In this document: positions 43,755 to 52,901 of the stretch, piece after piece
How the letters are laid out: every line of letters starts with the position of its first letter
Position numbering within the stretch: the first letter of the stretch is position 1
Origin: a virus
DNA length: 64,000 nucleotides
IMG/VR virus record: IMGVR_UViG_3300045988_183134
Location: 64,001 to 128,000 of that record
Strand: one strand, 5' to 3'
The notes under the pieces: generated by a model
Seen by the model: only the letters and a program-made list of their open reading frames with translations
Told to the model about the DNA's origin: nothing
Database searches by the model: none
Program-made: the position numbers and the translations under genes

Positions 43755-46211
43755 ATGGCAAAGACACTGGTTATCGCTGAGAAGCCTTCGCTTGGACGCA
43801 GCATTGCGTCGGGACTCACCTGGTGGAAGAACGAACAGTTCACACGGCAGGGAAAAGACCGGAATACATGGCTGGAAAGCCAGAATTATATCGTGGCTTC
43901 CTCCGTTGGACATCTGTACGAACTCATTGACCTGGATGCGTATTTTCCGGATTATGAGCCGGGGAAAAAACATTCCTGGACGATGGAACGGCTTCCGTTC
44001 TTTCCCGACAACTGGAATTTTAAGTTCGAGGGGAAGGACAATGTCAAGAGCCTGATTCGAACTATCAATAGCCTGATGAACCGCACAGACGTTGATAAGA
44101 TTTATAATGCCGGAGACCCTGACCGGGAAGGTCAGCGGTTGGTTGATGAAATCATCTATTACGGCCTCAAAAAGCCGAAACCTATCTATCGACTTTGGCT
44201 GCCTGATACGACCAATAAGACCGTCAAGCAGGCGTTTGAAACGGCAAAGCCCAATGACGGGTATGCGGATTTTTCCTCCTCTGCCGAGACTCGCAGTGAG
44301 ATGGACTGGCTCTTGGGAATTGAGCTGACTCGGTATGTGTCCGTCAAGGCAGGCACTTTTATCCGCATCGGACGCTGCGTCTGCCCGATTGTTGCCCATG
44401 TCATTGAACGCGAGAAGGCTATTCGGGATTTTGTTCCGAAACCGTACTCCGCCGTTTCCAGCAAGGAGAAGACGAACGGTGAGGACATTGAACTGACCAG
44501 TAAACGGACGTTCGAGGAAGGCCATGAAGCCGAAGCTCAGGCGTTGGCGGATGCCTTCAACCAGGCGGGCGCGACCGTGACGAGCGTCAAGACCGAACGC
44601 AAGACTGTCAATCCAGGTAAGCTCTTCTCGATGAGCGACTTGCAGAGCTTCGCCTGTAAGGCCGATAAGACCCTGTCTCCGGCAGATGTTCTCGCCGCAA
44701 CGCAGGCACTCTATGAAGGCGGATTCGTCACCTACCCGCGTACTAACAGCAGCTACCTTGCCACGAATGAAACCGTCAAGGTGGACGCAGCCATCAAAGG
44801 TTTAGCGCAGAACGGAATTACGGGCCTTGTCAATAAGCCGGGCCTTAAATCGATTTATGACGACAGTAAAATCGAGGCTCACTCTGCTATCACCCCGACC
44901 GGTAAATGGCCTGGAGCATTGGCAGGAGCACAGAAAACGGTTTTTGAATGTATCTTGAATCGATTCTGTGCCGTTTTCTGTGCGGAGGATTGCACCGTGG
45001 ACCGAACCACGATTGTCATTCATTGCCATGACGAGGACTTCATGCTGAAAGGTGATGTACAGGTCACTCCCGGTTGGCGGAAATTCGAGAAGCCGTCAAA
45101 TGGCGACAAGATGCTCCCGAAGCTCAACAAGGGTGATGCGGTAAACATCAATTTCCAGCTGGTCGGAAAGATGACGACACCTCCGAAACGGTATACGGTC
45201 GAAGCCCTTAATAACTGGATGGTCGCCCCGATGCGCGGTGCTGAAAAAGAAGATACCGAATATACCGATGCCGAATGGAAAGAGATTCTTTCTGACGCTA
45301 CCATCTGCACCGAAGCAACCCGTGCTGATACGGTAGACCGATGCGTCAAGAGCCAGTACATTTCCCTCAAAAAGGGCGTGTATTACGGTGAACCTGCAGG
45401 ATTCCAGCTGGTCGATATCATGGATAAGCTCGGCATTGTTTTGGATGTTCCCGTGACCGTTAACCTTTCCAAGCAGCTGCACTCCATCAAGGACGGAAAC
45501 CTGACCCGCGTTCAGGTTTTGGAGTTCACCAAACAGACCCTTGAGAGCATCATGTCAAAGGATGTGACGATTGAAGCTGCACAGGGAGCCAGCAGCAAGT
45601 ATCCAGTTCTCTGCCAGTGCCCAAAATGCGGCAAGGATGTTGTGGAAACAAAGCTTGCCTATGCATGTACCGGGAAAGACTCTGATGGGAAACGATGCCC
45701 GGTCGCAATCTGGAAGAAGAACAAGTTCCTTGAAGCGCTCGGCAAAGAAATGACCAAAGCAACAGCAAAGGCTCTGCTCACAAAAGGCAAAGCTCCGCTC
45801 AAAGGATGCACAAGCGCCAAGACCGGCAAGAAATACGACTGCATTCTAACATGCGACTTTTCCGGAGACCGACTAGCTTATCACATCGAATTTGACGGCG
45901 CTCCTGTATCGTTTGGAAGCAAAGTCGGAAAATGCCCGTTCTGCGGAAAGCCTGTGGCAGAGACGGCAAAAGCCTTCACCTGCACGAACAAGTCTTGCGG
46001 CGCGGCGCTCTGGAAGGAATCGAAGCTGTATGGCAATGAGCTTGATGTTGATGCCGATATTGCCAAGACTCTTCTCTCCGGGAAAACCGTCGAAGCCACG
46101 ATTCAGAACAAAGAGAGAACCGGCACACAGGATGTTGAGGTTGGGATTGAACCGTATACGGCACCCAATGGCAGAAAATATATCGGCCTTTGCATCATGA
46201 AAACCAAATAG
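43755..46211 (+). CDS. topB: type IA DNA topoisomerase (topoisomerase III-like) with C-terminal zinc ribbons (818 aa)
   Basis: Toprim motifs (LVIAEKPS, GDPDREGQ), active-site Tyr context (GFVTYPRTNSSYL), and three CxxC..C..C zinc-ribbon units at the C-terminus. Confidence 0.9.
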   Translation: MAKTLVIAEKPSLGRSIASGLTWWKNEQFTRQGKDRNTWLESQNYIVASSVGHLYELIDLDAYFPDYEPGKKHSWTMERLPFFPDNWNFKFEGKDNVKSLIRTINSLMNRTDVDKIYNAGDPDREGQRLVDEIIYYGLKKPKPIYRLWLPDTTNKTVKQAFETAKPNDGYADFSSSAETRSEMDWLLGIELTRYVSVKAGTFIRIGRCVCPIVAHVIEREKAIRDFVPKPYSAVSSKEKTNGEDIELTSKRTFEEGHEAEAQALADAFNQAGATVTSVKTERKTVNPGKLFSMSDLQSFACKADKTLSPADVLAATQALYEGGFVTYPRTNSSYLATNETVKVDAAIKGLAQNGITGLVNKPGLKSIYDDSKIEAHSAITPTGKWPGALAGAQKTVFECILNRFCAVFCAEDCTVDRTTIVIHCHDEDFMLKGDVQVTPGWRKFEKPSNGDKMLPKLNKGDAVNINFQLVGKMTTPPKRYTVEALNNWMVAPMRGAEKEDTEYTDAEWKEILSDATICTEATRADTVDRCVKSQYISLKKGVYYGEPAGFQLVDIMDKLGIVLDVPVTVNLSKQLHSIKDGNLTRVQVLEFTKQTLESIMSKDVTIEAAQGASSKYPVLCQCPKCGKDVVETKLAYACTGKDSDGKRCPVAIWKKNKFLEALGKEMTKATAKALLTKGKAPLKGCTSAKTGKKYDCILTCDFSGDRLAYHIEFDGAPVSFGSKVGKCPFCGKPVAETAKAFTCTNKSCGAALWKESKLYGNELDVDADIAKTLLSGKTVEATIQNKERTGTQDVEVGIEPYTAPNGRKYIGLCIMKTK

Positions 46212-46225
46212 TTAATTTGCCTCAT

Positions 46226-46255
46226 CGCCTGCCCATTTTGGGTGGGCGTTTTTTG
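46226..46255 (+). terminator. intrinsic terminator
   Basis: CGCCTGCCCA-tttt-GGGTGGGCG followed by T6. Confidence 0.65.
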
Positions 46256-46283
46256 TTGCCAAGCTGTGCGAATTGCGTATGAT
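46256..46283 (+). promoter_or_regulatory. heptamer-type promoter (TTGCCA-N4-GTGCGAA-N5-TATGAT)
   Basis: Standard spacing. It overlaps the ORF-track start at 46273, which is therefore rejected. Confidence 0.55.
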
Positions 46284-46347
46284 TAAGAACAGTGATAAGA
46301 AACTAAAAATCAACGGTAGAAGGACAAACACATTGAAGCTATATTTT

Positions 46348-47058
46348 ATGAAAGTCGGGTATTTCCTGATATTTATTTTCGCAATCCTCAATTTTTCGGG
46401 GCTGAAGCAAACGGAATTCGAAATCCGGCAGCTGGATAGCACGGCAAGAATCCTGACAACTCATGCGGAAGCGGTACAGGCAGCACAAGAACAACCAACG
46501 TTGAACGCAGCGGCCGCCGCCGCTCTAACGAGAGCCGATACCCAAATCGCGATTGCTTCGTTCTCAAATGAGAATGTAGCGGGGGAAGCAAAACGACTCG
46601 CGTCTCTCTGCAACGCAAACATCAAAGAGAAGTCCATTACGGCATCGGTGTCGAATGACGCGGTTCTGGAAGAGATGGCGAGAAGACCGAATATGTATGG
46701 GCGGCTCGTGATTCCTTCCGTGGGAGTCAATGTGGCGTTGTTTGCAGTCGTCAGCCAGGCAGCAGCGGATGCACAGGACAGCGCTGCATATTTTCCGTTC
46801 AAAAACTATATGCTGGTTGCGGACCACTGGAATCAGGGGTTCTGGAAAATCAAGCGTTGCTCGGTTGGAACGAAAGCTTATATTTATCGCGGAACTTCGA
46901 TACAAACGCTTACATGTACCGGCATCTGTCGCGGCGTGAACGCTGGTTATGATTTGCTGTATGAGGATGGGTCGAGCGTTACGACAGGCAGCGGAACCAT
47001 CATGTATACCTGCAACGGTTCGAATTATCACGATATCACATTGACTTTTTGGAGCTGA
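46348..47058 (+). CDS. sortase-like membrane-anchored protein (236 aa), assignment tentative
   Basis: N-terminal TM helix. GRLVIPSVGVNVALF, LVADHWNQGF (His) and TIMYTCNG (Cys) are in sortase order, but no conserved Arg is seen after the TC motif. Confidence 0.35.
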   Translation: MKVGYFLIFIFAILNFSGLKQTEFEIRQLDSTARILTTHAEAVQAAQEQPTLNAAAAAALTRADTQIAIASFSNENVAGEAKRLASLCNANIKEKSITASVSNDAVLEEMARRPNMYGRLVIPSVGVNVALFAVVSQAAADAQDSAAYFPFKNYMLVADHWNQGFWKIKRCSVGTKAYIYRGTSIQTLTCTGICRGVNAGYDLLYEDGSSVTTGSGTIMYTCNGSNYHDITLTFWS

Positions 47059-47063
47059 GTTTT

Positions 47064-47960
47064 ATGCAGAAGAATAATAAAAAGATGACATGCCTTGCGG
47101 CGATTCTCATGGCAGCACTTGCTGCATTGCTGATTTTCGCTATCGTTGACGCGAACCGCATCAATCGTAGTCTTTCTAAGCTGCAGCAAACGGTGAATTA
47201 TGAAGAGCGGCTGGAACCTTTGCTGTTCTATGGCGCAACCGCTGAAACTGCCGAGACGGCTGCAACAGCCGAAACCGCAAAGACTCTGGAGCCGGAGCTG
47301 AACTTCACCGTGACGAAAAGCGGCATTGTTCCAGATGACGGCTCCTATGTTCCGGTCACGCTGGGCGACGTGACTGTCTGCATTCCTGTCGCCGCTGCCG
47401 GGCAGGGCGGATGCACGGTGACCTATTGCTCCGGTAATTCCACTGCCGCAATCGGGGATTACAAAATTGCGTTGGTGGAAGGGAATACGGAAGACTCCGT
47501 TGTGACTTTCCAAAACGACGACAAGGAAATCCTGTCGGGGATAAGGACGATGGGAGAAGGATTGACTTTGACCGTTGCTGCTGAAGCCGAGGAAGGGCAG
47601 GAGACGGAACAAGAGGCAGTGATTGAAAAGCTGCTTGCTGATGCAGTAATCACCGATACAGCTCCTGCGACAACCGTGTTTGGAGAAACCGTAAAAGACG
47701 ATGTCGTAATCGAAGCGGACGATGGCTATTTGCAGCTGCAGCTGAATGACAACACCGTTTTGGTATCGACTTTCTCTTTCAATTATGACAAAAACGTATT
47801 CTCTAAAACTCTGAATCTTCCCGGTGGACTCACCGTTCGATACGGGAACGTGCAGGACAAAGAGACCGGGTATATCCCGTTTGTCTCTACGGTAAATAAC
47901 CGCAATATCAAAATTCTTGCAACCAGTGTAGAAGCGTTGCAGGGATTCTTCCAGGGCTAA
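47064..47960 (+). CDS. membrane-anchored protein (298 aa), paralog of 48109..49005
   Basis: N-terminal TM helix and TAETAETAATAETA repeat. Shares D(V/T)TVCIP, ILSGIR/LISGTR, LL(A/D)(D/G)AV and VEALQGFF/VEQLLGVF blocks with ORF 48109. Confidence 0.6.
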   Translation: MQKNNKKMTCLAAILMAALAALLIFAIVDANRINRSLSKLQQTVNYEERLEPLLFYGATAETAETAATAETAKTLEPELNFTVTKSGIVPDDGSYVPVTLGDVTVCIPVAAAGQGGCTVTYCSGNSTAAIGDYKIALVEGNTEDSVVTFQNDDKEILSGIRTMGEGLTLTVAAEAEEGQETEQEAVIEKLLADAVITDTAPATTVFGETVKDDVVIEADDGYLQLQLNDNTVLVSTFSFNYDKNVFSKTLNLPGGLTVRYGNVQDKETGYIPFVSTVNNRNIKILATSVEALQGFFQG

Positions 47961-48033
47961 TACGTTCTGAACCAATCTTTCACTGAGCCATCTGCCCGTT
48001 TCGGGGGGGGTGGCTTTTGTGTTGGCACTTTGC

Positions 48034-48061
48034 TTGCCAGTTCTTGCGATGCTCGTATCAT
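48034..48061 (+). promoter_or_regulatory. heptamer-type promoter (TTGCCA-N4-TTGCGAT-N5-TATCAT)
   Basis: Standard spacing. It lies inside the ORF-track N-terminal extension (48010). Confidence 0.5.
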
Positions 48062-48108
48062 TAGAAACTGAATCAGTATTTTTTGCGGGGAATCGGGTGA
48101 GGAGAACC

Positions 48109-49005
48109 ATGAAAAACAACGGAGAAAAGCTTGAAGGGCTGATGATTGCGGCGATGCTGCTGATTTTTGTCACAAGCATCTGGGCGTTCAGGGACGCTCA
48201 AAGAATGCACGAAAAGTTGGCGGAGAAGGTACAGCAGACGCCGGAAACGGCTGAATTTGCAGAGTTTGTATCTCATTTATTGCCAGCAACGCCGGAAACG
48301 GCAGAAATCACTCCATTTGATGCAAGTGACCCGCACATGAATTTTGTTGCAAGCAAAGAAAGACTCAAATTGACTCTCAATTCCTGTGTGCCGCTCTCTT
48401 TGGATGATACAACGGTCTGCATTCCGATACAGAGCATCGGTGAAAGGAGCCTGGTATCGTATCAGACGCAAGACCATACGGCCTGCGTTGGGGCCTATCA
48501 TATGACTCTTGTGAATGGGCACAAGAAAGAAGGCGTCAACTTTCTTCTGATAAATGATTCCGCCTTGATATCCGGAACAAGGAACATCAATGAGGATACC
48601 AGCCTTGTCGTCACGGCACTTGTCAAGGTGAATGAAGAACAGCAGCAAACCAAAGTGATACAACAGCTTTTGGATGGAGCGGTTCTTTGTGATGTCGCAC
48701 CGACCATCACAATCTTTGGCGTTCCAGTTAAGAACAATTCGATGATTGAAGTGGATAACGCTCTTGCCAAAATCGAAACGAATCAGGGCAGGGTATTTAT
48801 CACAAGCTCGGCCGCTATCAAGGAATCCAAGCCTCTCGATGAATCTGTGGTTCTGCCATCCGGCATTGAAGCCAAATACAACAGCACTGCCCGAACCGGG
48901 TCTGGGGATATTGTTTTCGTGATTGAGCAGGATGGCTGCAGATATTATCTGCTGGCTCCGAGCGTGGAGCAACTGCTCGGCGTGTTTGGCAATTCTGAAT
49001 CTTAA
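48109..49005 (+). CDS. membrane-anchored protein (298 aa), paralog of 47064..47960
   Basis: GAGGAG RBS before ATG 48109; N-terminal TM helix. Confidence 0.6.
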   Translation: MKNNGEKLEGLMIAAMLLIFVTSIWAFRDAQRMHEKLAEKVQQTPETAEFAEFVSHLLPATPETAEITPFDASDPHMNFVASKERLKLTLNSCVPLSLDDTTVCIPIQSIGERSLVSYQTQDHTACVGAYHMTLVNGHKKEGVNFLLINDSALISGTRNINEDTSLVVTALVKVNEEQQQTKVIQQLLDGAVLCDVAPTITIFGVPVKNNSMIEVDNALAKIETNQGRVFITSSAAIKESKPLDESVVLPSGIEAKYNSTARTGSGDIVFVIEQDGCRYYLLAPSVEQLLGVFGNSES

Positions 49006-49052
49006 TCAAGGCTTTTGCGGTTGCAACTGACATCAAGGAGGGTATCAATCAA

Positions 49053-49256
49053 ATGTGCAATTACAGTGACTTTGTCGAGCAGCAGGGACTCAAAAAAGGC
49101 CGCGAAGAAGGGCATCTCGAATCTCTTTCTGAGAGCGTTGCGAACCTCGTTCGTTCGGGACATTTTTCCATTGAAGCAGCGCTGGACATTTTGAAGGTGT
49201 CTGCTGATATTCGCTCGACTGTCAAAGAAAACGCTGAGAAAGCGCTCAGTAAATAA
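49053..49256 (+). CDS. hypothetical protein (67 aa)
   Basis: AAGGAGGG RBS. Confidence 0.5.
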   Translation: MCNYSDFVEQQGLKKGREEGHLESLSESVANLVRSGHFSIEAALDILKVSADIRSTVKENAEKALSK

Positions 49257-49331
49257 CAATAAGCCGTTGCCTATGCTGGGGGCAGCGGCTTCTTCTCTTT
49301 GCTACGCAGTGCTGTCGGCCTCACAAATCTC

Positions 49332-49459
49332 TTGCAATATTGTGCGAACAGCATATCATAAAAAATGTACGATAGATAACAGCCTTTTGGCCCAATGCGT
49401 ACAATTCATATTCTGCAGCTAAATTAGCAGACTCACCAATTCGGTGGGCCTGCTTTTTT
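49332..49459 (+). promoter_or_regulatory. promoter-leader module, copy 15
   Basis: TTGCAA-N4-GTGCGAA-N5-TATCAT (49332-49359); ATGTACGATAGATAAC (49365); GCGTACAATTCATATTC (49397); GCAGACTCACC..GGTGGGCCTGC plus T6 (49427-49459). Confidence 0.75.
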
Positions 49460-49541
49460 ATTTGCAAGAAAGGAGTGCCGACAGTTTTCTGTCAACCATT
49501 TCCGAAAAAACAAATATCAATCAAAAGAAAGGACAAATTGT

Positions 49542-50084
49542 ATGTTTAACGCAACCTGCCTAATCAAGACCGACATCGATACCGTGAACAAATGTATGGG
49601 GCAAAATCCCTACAATCCTGAGACGTTTCTTCAGAACTTTGCGTCTCGTCTGACATCTTTCAATGACCCCCTTCTCAATATGTACCCAACATCCGAGATT
49701 GCAGGAAACATCGAAGACGAGGATGTTATTCTGGGCCTTCGCGAACCGCAAAAACTCATTGAATGGGCGAAAACCATGAAGGAACGCACGCAGTGCATGG
49801 CAATGGCTGAGTTCAGTGCAGCATTGCAGAAGCATAAAGCAGAAGGCATCGATATCACAAAGCCGATGTATACCTGCCTGCGCTCCATTGAAATGGATTC
49901 CAACGAATCTTATCTTCTTCGCTACGCCGCTGAACTGCTCGACAACCATCCAAACCCGGAATGCGGTGAGCTGTTTTATGACGGCGACTCCTGGAAGTGT
50001 TTCCCAAACGGTTTTCAGCTGAAAGACATCGAAGCTCATGCTGAGGACTACATCATCATTCCGGGGCTGTTCTATGACGACTGA
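49542..50084 (+). CDS. hypothetical protein (180 aa)
   Basis: GAAAGGA RBS. Confidence 0.55.
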   Translation: MFNATCLIKTDIDTVNKCMGQNPYNPETFLQNFASRLTSFNDPLLNMYPTSEIAGNIEDEDVILGLREPQKLIEWAKTMKERTQCMAMAEFSAALQKHKAEGIDITKPMYTCLRSIEMDSNESYLLRYAAELLDNHPNPECGELFYDGDSWKCFPNGFQLKDIEAHAEDYIIIPGLFYDD

Positions 50085-50104
50085 TTGAAAACGAAAGGAA
50101 TTTT

Positions 50105-50341
50105 ATGGACTGGAAATTTATCATGTGTCTGCTCGTTATGTGCTCCACCACCGTCTGGAAGCTTCTGGAAATCCTCACCTACGGTGAGATTCAGGTCCGG
50201 CAGGTGGATGACATCATGATGATGTATATGACATTTACCATCTACGCCGCCTATAAGGCTGGCATGGCGGTTCAGGCCAAAAAAACGAAGCAAACCGAAG
50301 AAAATATCGCAACCACCTCTGATAAGCAAAAAGGAGAATGA
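50105..50341 (+). CDS. small membrane protein (78 aa)
   Basis: AAAGGA RBS; two hydrophobic helices. Confidence 0.55.
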   Translation: MDWKFIMCLLVMCSTTVWKLLEILTYGEIQVRQVDDIMMMYMTFTIYAAYKAGMAVQAKKTKQTEENIATTSDKQKGE

Positions 50342-50345
50342 CTCT

Positions 50346-51113
50346 ATGTATCAGCTGCAAAACATCGATTATCTGTACCGTATCTCGACTATGACCGGCT
50401 CGTCCAAGCTCGTTACCGTTCAGGCGGACAGAGACTCCCATGACCTGAACGATAAGCATTTCGTGATGCTGAATCTGTGCCGGGCAATCGTGAATTTCGC
50501 CAATGAAGGGCACGTGATTTCAGCTGTGTATGAACTGGAACCAGATGGGACCTCCAAGCGGGTTGCCTATCGCGGATTGCCGGAATACCAGGAAGCACTC
50601 AAAGACCCTGAACCGGATGTGATTGTTGCAAAATTTGCAACGAACTTTTCGTCCGGCGCTTCGTTCGCTTCACAATGCCGCGTGAATCAAAAGAGCCGTG
50701 AAGTGTTCGACATTGAGGCTTCCGGGACTCCTTCTGATAATGATGATATTTCTGAACGCCTTGTTTCGCTGGATGACGGCGAACACTGGCATCAGGTTCA
50801 CTGCATTGATGATATCCTCGATGAATACGACGATGATATTGACAATGCTTTGGATGCTCTGTATTCCATCGAAGCTCACGGTGATATCGACGGGGACTAC
50901 TGGTGTACTACCACCGATAAAGACCTGAACCGAACCATTCGTGAATGCCGCACCGAAATTCTCGTTGATGCGCTGCTTGCTCGCGGCTCTGAGGCGGTAG
51001 AAGAATTTCTCGGTTATCCCGTGAATATGTCGGAAGCCGAATGCGTGCTCGAAGAATACCTGAATAACCTGTCCGATGAGGATTTGGCAAACGCCTTCTT
51101 CGAAACTCTTTGA
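50346..51113 (+). CDS. hypothetical acidic protein (255 aa)
   Basis: AAAGGAG RBS. Confidence 0.6.
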   Translation: MYQLQNIDYLYRISTMTGSSKLVTVQADRDSHDLNDKHFVMLNLCRAIVNFANEGHVISAVYELEPDGTSKRVAYRGLPEYQEALKDPEPDVIVAKFATNFSSGASFASQCRVNQKSREVFDIEASGTPSDNDDISERLVSLDDGEHWHQVHCIDDILDEYDDDIDNALDALYSIEAHGDIDGDYWCTTTDKDLNRTIRECRTEILVDALLARGSEAVEEFLGYPVNMSEAECVLEEYLNNLSDEDLANAFFETL

Positions 51114-51123
51114 GTTACCGCAC

Positions 51124-51254
51124 TTGCGCAGATGTGCGAACAGGATATTATAAAAATTGTACGATAGATACCATCTACTAGGCGCGTTTTGCGTTCGTAC
51201 AATTCATAATTTCGCTTGAAGGCGGACTTCCCATACCGGGAGGCCCGCCTTTTT
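51124..51254 (+). promoter_or_regulatory. promoter-leader module, copy 16
   Basis: TTGCGC-N4-GTGCGAA-N5-TATTAT (51124-51151); TTGTACGATAGATACC (51157); TCGTACAATTCATAATT (51195); GGCGGACTTCCC..GGGAGGCCCGCC plus T5 (51221-51254). Confidence 0.75.
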
Positions 51255-51282
51255 GCATCAAAAATTACAGGAGGTAAATACC

Positions 51283-51912
51283 ATGTTCAACATTATGAAT
51301 CTCAACAACATCGAAAACATTTTCTACTGGACCGACAATAACGGTGCTGTTTCTCTTCCCGGAGATACTGCCCTAACGTATCGGACCAAATCGGACCTTC
51401 CTCGGTTCGTGGCTGCCGTTTACAGTGCGCTGAACACCGATAGTGGTGTTTCAGAACGTGTTGTCACCCTGAACGGCCACTGCGGTTTGCTGTTGGATGT
51501 ACTCTACGATAAGGACTGGGTATCGGAGACTTTCTCTAATCTCAACTGTGAGATTCCAGACGAAATCATCATGAACCTGTTCGGCGCTGCCTTGCCGTGT
51601 CTGGCACAGATAATGTGGAATGATATCCACACCTCACTTAACAAGACGGAACATTGTTCGAACTGCCCCGACCTCAGAATTTTGGTTGGCCAAAATACAG
51701 ATAAGGATGGTCATGAGCTTTGCTTCTTCATTCCCTTTGGCGGCACAGAGTTTGACCATGATGAACGAATCAGGTGCGCACATGCGGCTCGCGTTGTAGA
51801 GAATTATCTAGACAATGTGGCTTATGGCAAAAAGGTAGAAACATATATTCGTGGACTCGTTGAAGCTGCCAGTATTGACGGCGCTATTTCTGAAAGCAAC
51901 ACGGAGGTGTGA
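51283..51912 (+). CDS. hypothetical protein (209 aa)
   Basis: CAGGAGG RBS before ATG 51283. Confidence 0.6.
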   Translation: MFNIMNLNNIENIFYWTDNNGAVSLPGDTALTYRTKSDLPRFVAAVYSALNTDSGVSERVVTLNGHCGLLLDVLYDKDWVSETFSNLNCEIPDEIIMNLFGAALPCLAQIMWNDIHTSLNKTEHCSNCPDLRILVGQNTDKDGHELCFFIPFGGTEFDHDERIRCAHAARVVENYLDNVAYGKKVETYIRGLVEAASIDGAISESNTEV

Positions 51913-51915
51913 GCT

Positions 51916-51996
51916 ATGCTTATCAAGAATATCAAGTGGGATACGGACGGCGACATGGAGGCTCTTGCCTCCTTACCAATAAAAAGGGTGCCGTAA
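51916..51996 (+). CDS. 26-aa ORF MLIKNIKWDTDGDMEALASLPIKRVP, possibly the truncated 5' part of a small gene
   Basis: GGAGG 8 nt upstream. The IKWDTDGD..LP opening resembles, from memory, small 50-70-aa proteins on Firmicutes mobile elements. The sequence changes character right after it. Confidence 0.35.
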   Translation: MLIKNIKWDTDGDMEALASLPIKRVP

Positions 51997-52107
51997 ATGT
52001 AGAGTTCAAAGTACCTGCAAAAAATGGTCAAAAATCTGCAAGCCTTAAAAAGCTTAAAATCGTAAAGACGACAGATTCCATGCATTCTGCATGGGAAAAA
52101 ATATCTT

Positions 52108-52240
52108 AATCATTTAAAGAAAGGAGTAGCAGGGTATTTGTGCTAACTGAGTACACTTCAAATTGCCTCTTGGTTAGCGCATTCCTCACCGCCTAAGTCA
52201 AGTCGCAAGCGACTATAGACGGTGTACCCTGCGCACATAA
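52108..52240 (+). repeat. copy of the iscB-2 3' end plus right-end hairpin region, without an iscB gene
   Basis: Collinear blocks shared with 61287-61400: TCATTTAAA, GAAAGGAG, AGCAGG, GCGCATTCCTC, CCTAAG, CTATAGA, CATAATT. Hairpin CACCGCCTAAGTC..GACTATAGACGGTG at 52187-52224. Confidence 0.6.
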
Positions 52241-52241
52241 T

Positions 52242-52706
52242 TTGATGAAATGGAATGTATTTTGTAACGAAAACGCTCCTTATCGTATTTATTATCGTCA
52301 AATTGAGATTGATGGATATGAGATGTATGTCATGTTTCCATTGCCAATGACTGGCATGGAATGTGGCTGGGCAGTATCGCATGGCGCAACTACGGCAGCT
52401 ACCATTCAGGAAGCGGTTCAAAAGTTTTATCCCTTTATGATAGAGTATATCTGCGATAAAGAGGATTCCGACAACGATACGCAACAATACATTCTCAAAA
52501 ACCTCAATTCTCTTGGCAGCTCTGTGGATTTTTGGGGCAGAAAAAATGACCGTCAACATGTCATTGACGGCATGAGCGCAACGCAGAAATCGCAGCTTTT
52601 ATGCTATATTCTGCGAAATCATGAAGTCTTTGGCAAGATGACTTGCCGTGACTGGAAGAATTGGCTGCTGGATGACGCTGAACCTCAGTTTGGTATCTGG
52701 TTCTGA
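52242..52706 (+). CDS. hypothetical protein (154 aa)
   Basis: ORF starts 10-13 nt after the hairpin structure (TTG 52242 or ATG 52245), with no adjacent SD. Confidence 0.5.
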   Translation: MMKWNVFCNENAPYRIYYRQIEIDGYEMYVMFPLPMTGMECGWAVSHGATTAATIQEAVQKFYPFMIEYICDKEDSDNDTQQYILKNLNSLGSSVDFWGRKNDRQHVIDGMSATQKSQLLCYILRNHEVFGKMTCRDWKNWLLDDAEPQFGIWF

Positions 52707-52901
52707 TGGCATTAAAAACGGCAGGCAACATCCCGGCCCTGAACAACAAGAAGGACAAGCGTGCTTCGTTTCCGGTCGTCGTGCATCGGGAAGTTTTACC
52801 CTCAAAAAGCTTGACGGCACGCGTATTTCCAAAGGTGTAACATTTAAAAAATTGCGGCTATTAGAGCCTGCAACAAATTATCTAATAGAAAGGATGTGAA
52901 C

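Noticed and set aside
19222-48179. Other long minus-strand ORFs (19222-20373, 25577-26785, 31646-32746, 43740-44525, 47028-48179, 48277-48972, 54739-55674, 60717-61583)
   Set aside because: Each lies antisense to one or more plus-strand genes that have RBSs, motifs or paralogs. None has its own start signals. Accepting them would break the uniform operon structure.
7950-51254. Leader modules considered as Frpo-like single-stranded-DNA promoters
   Set aside because: An ssDNA promoter needs the -35 and -10 boxes reconstituted by a complementary arm. Here the inverted repeat (TTGTACGA/TCGTACAA) lies entirely downstream of the -10. Only a few copies show partial complementarity to the -10 region.
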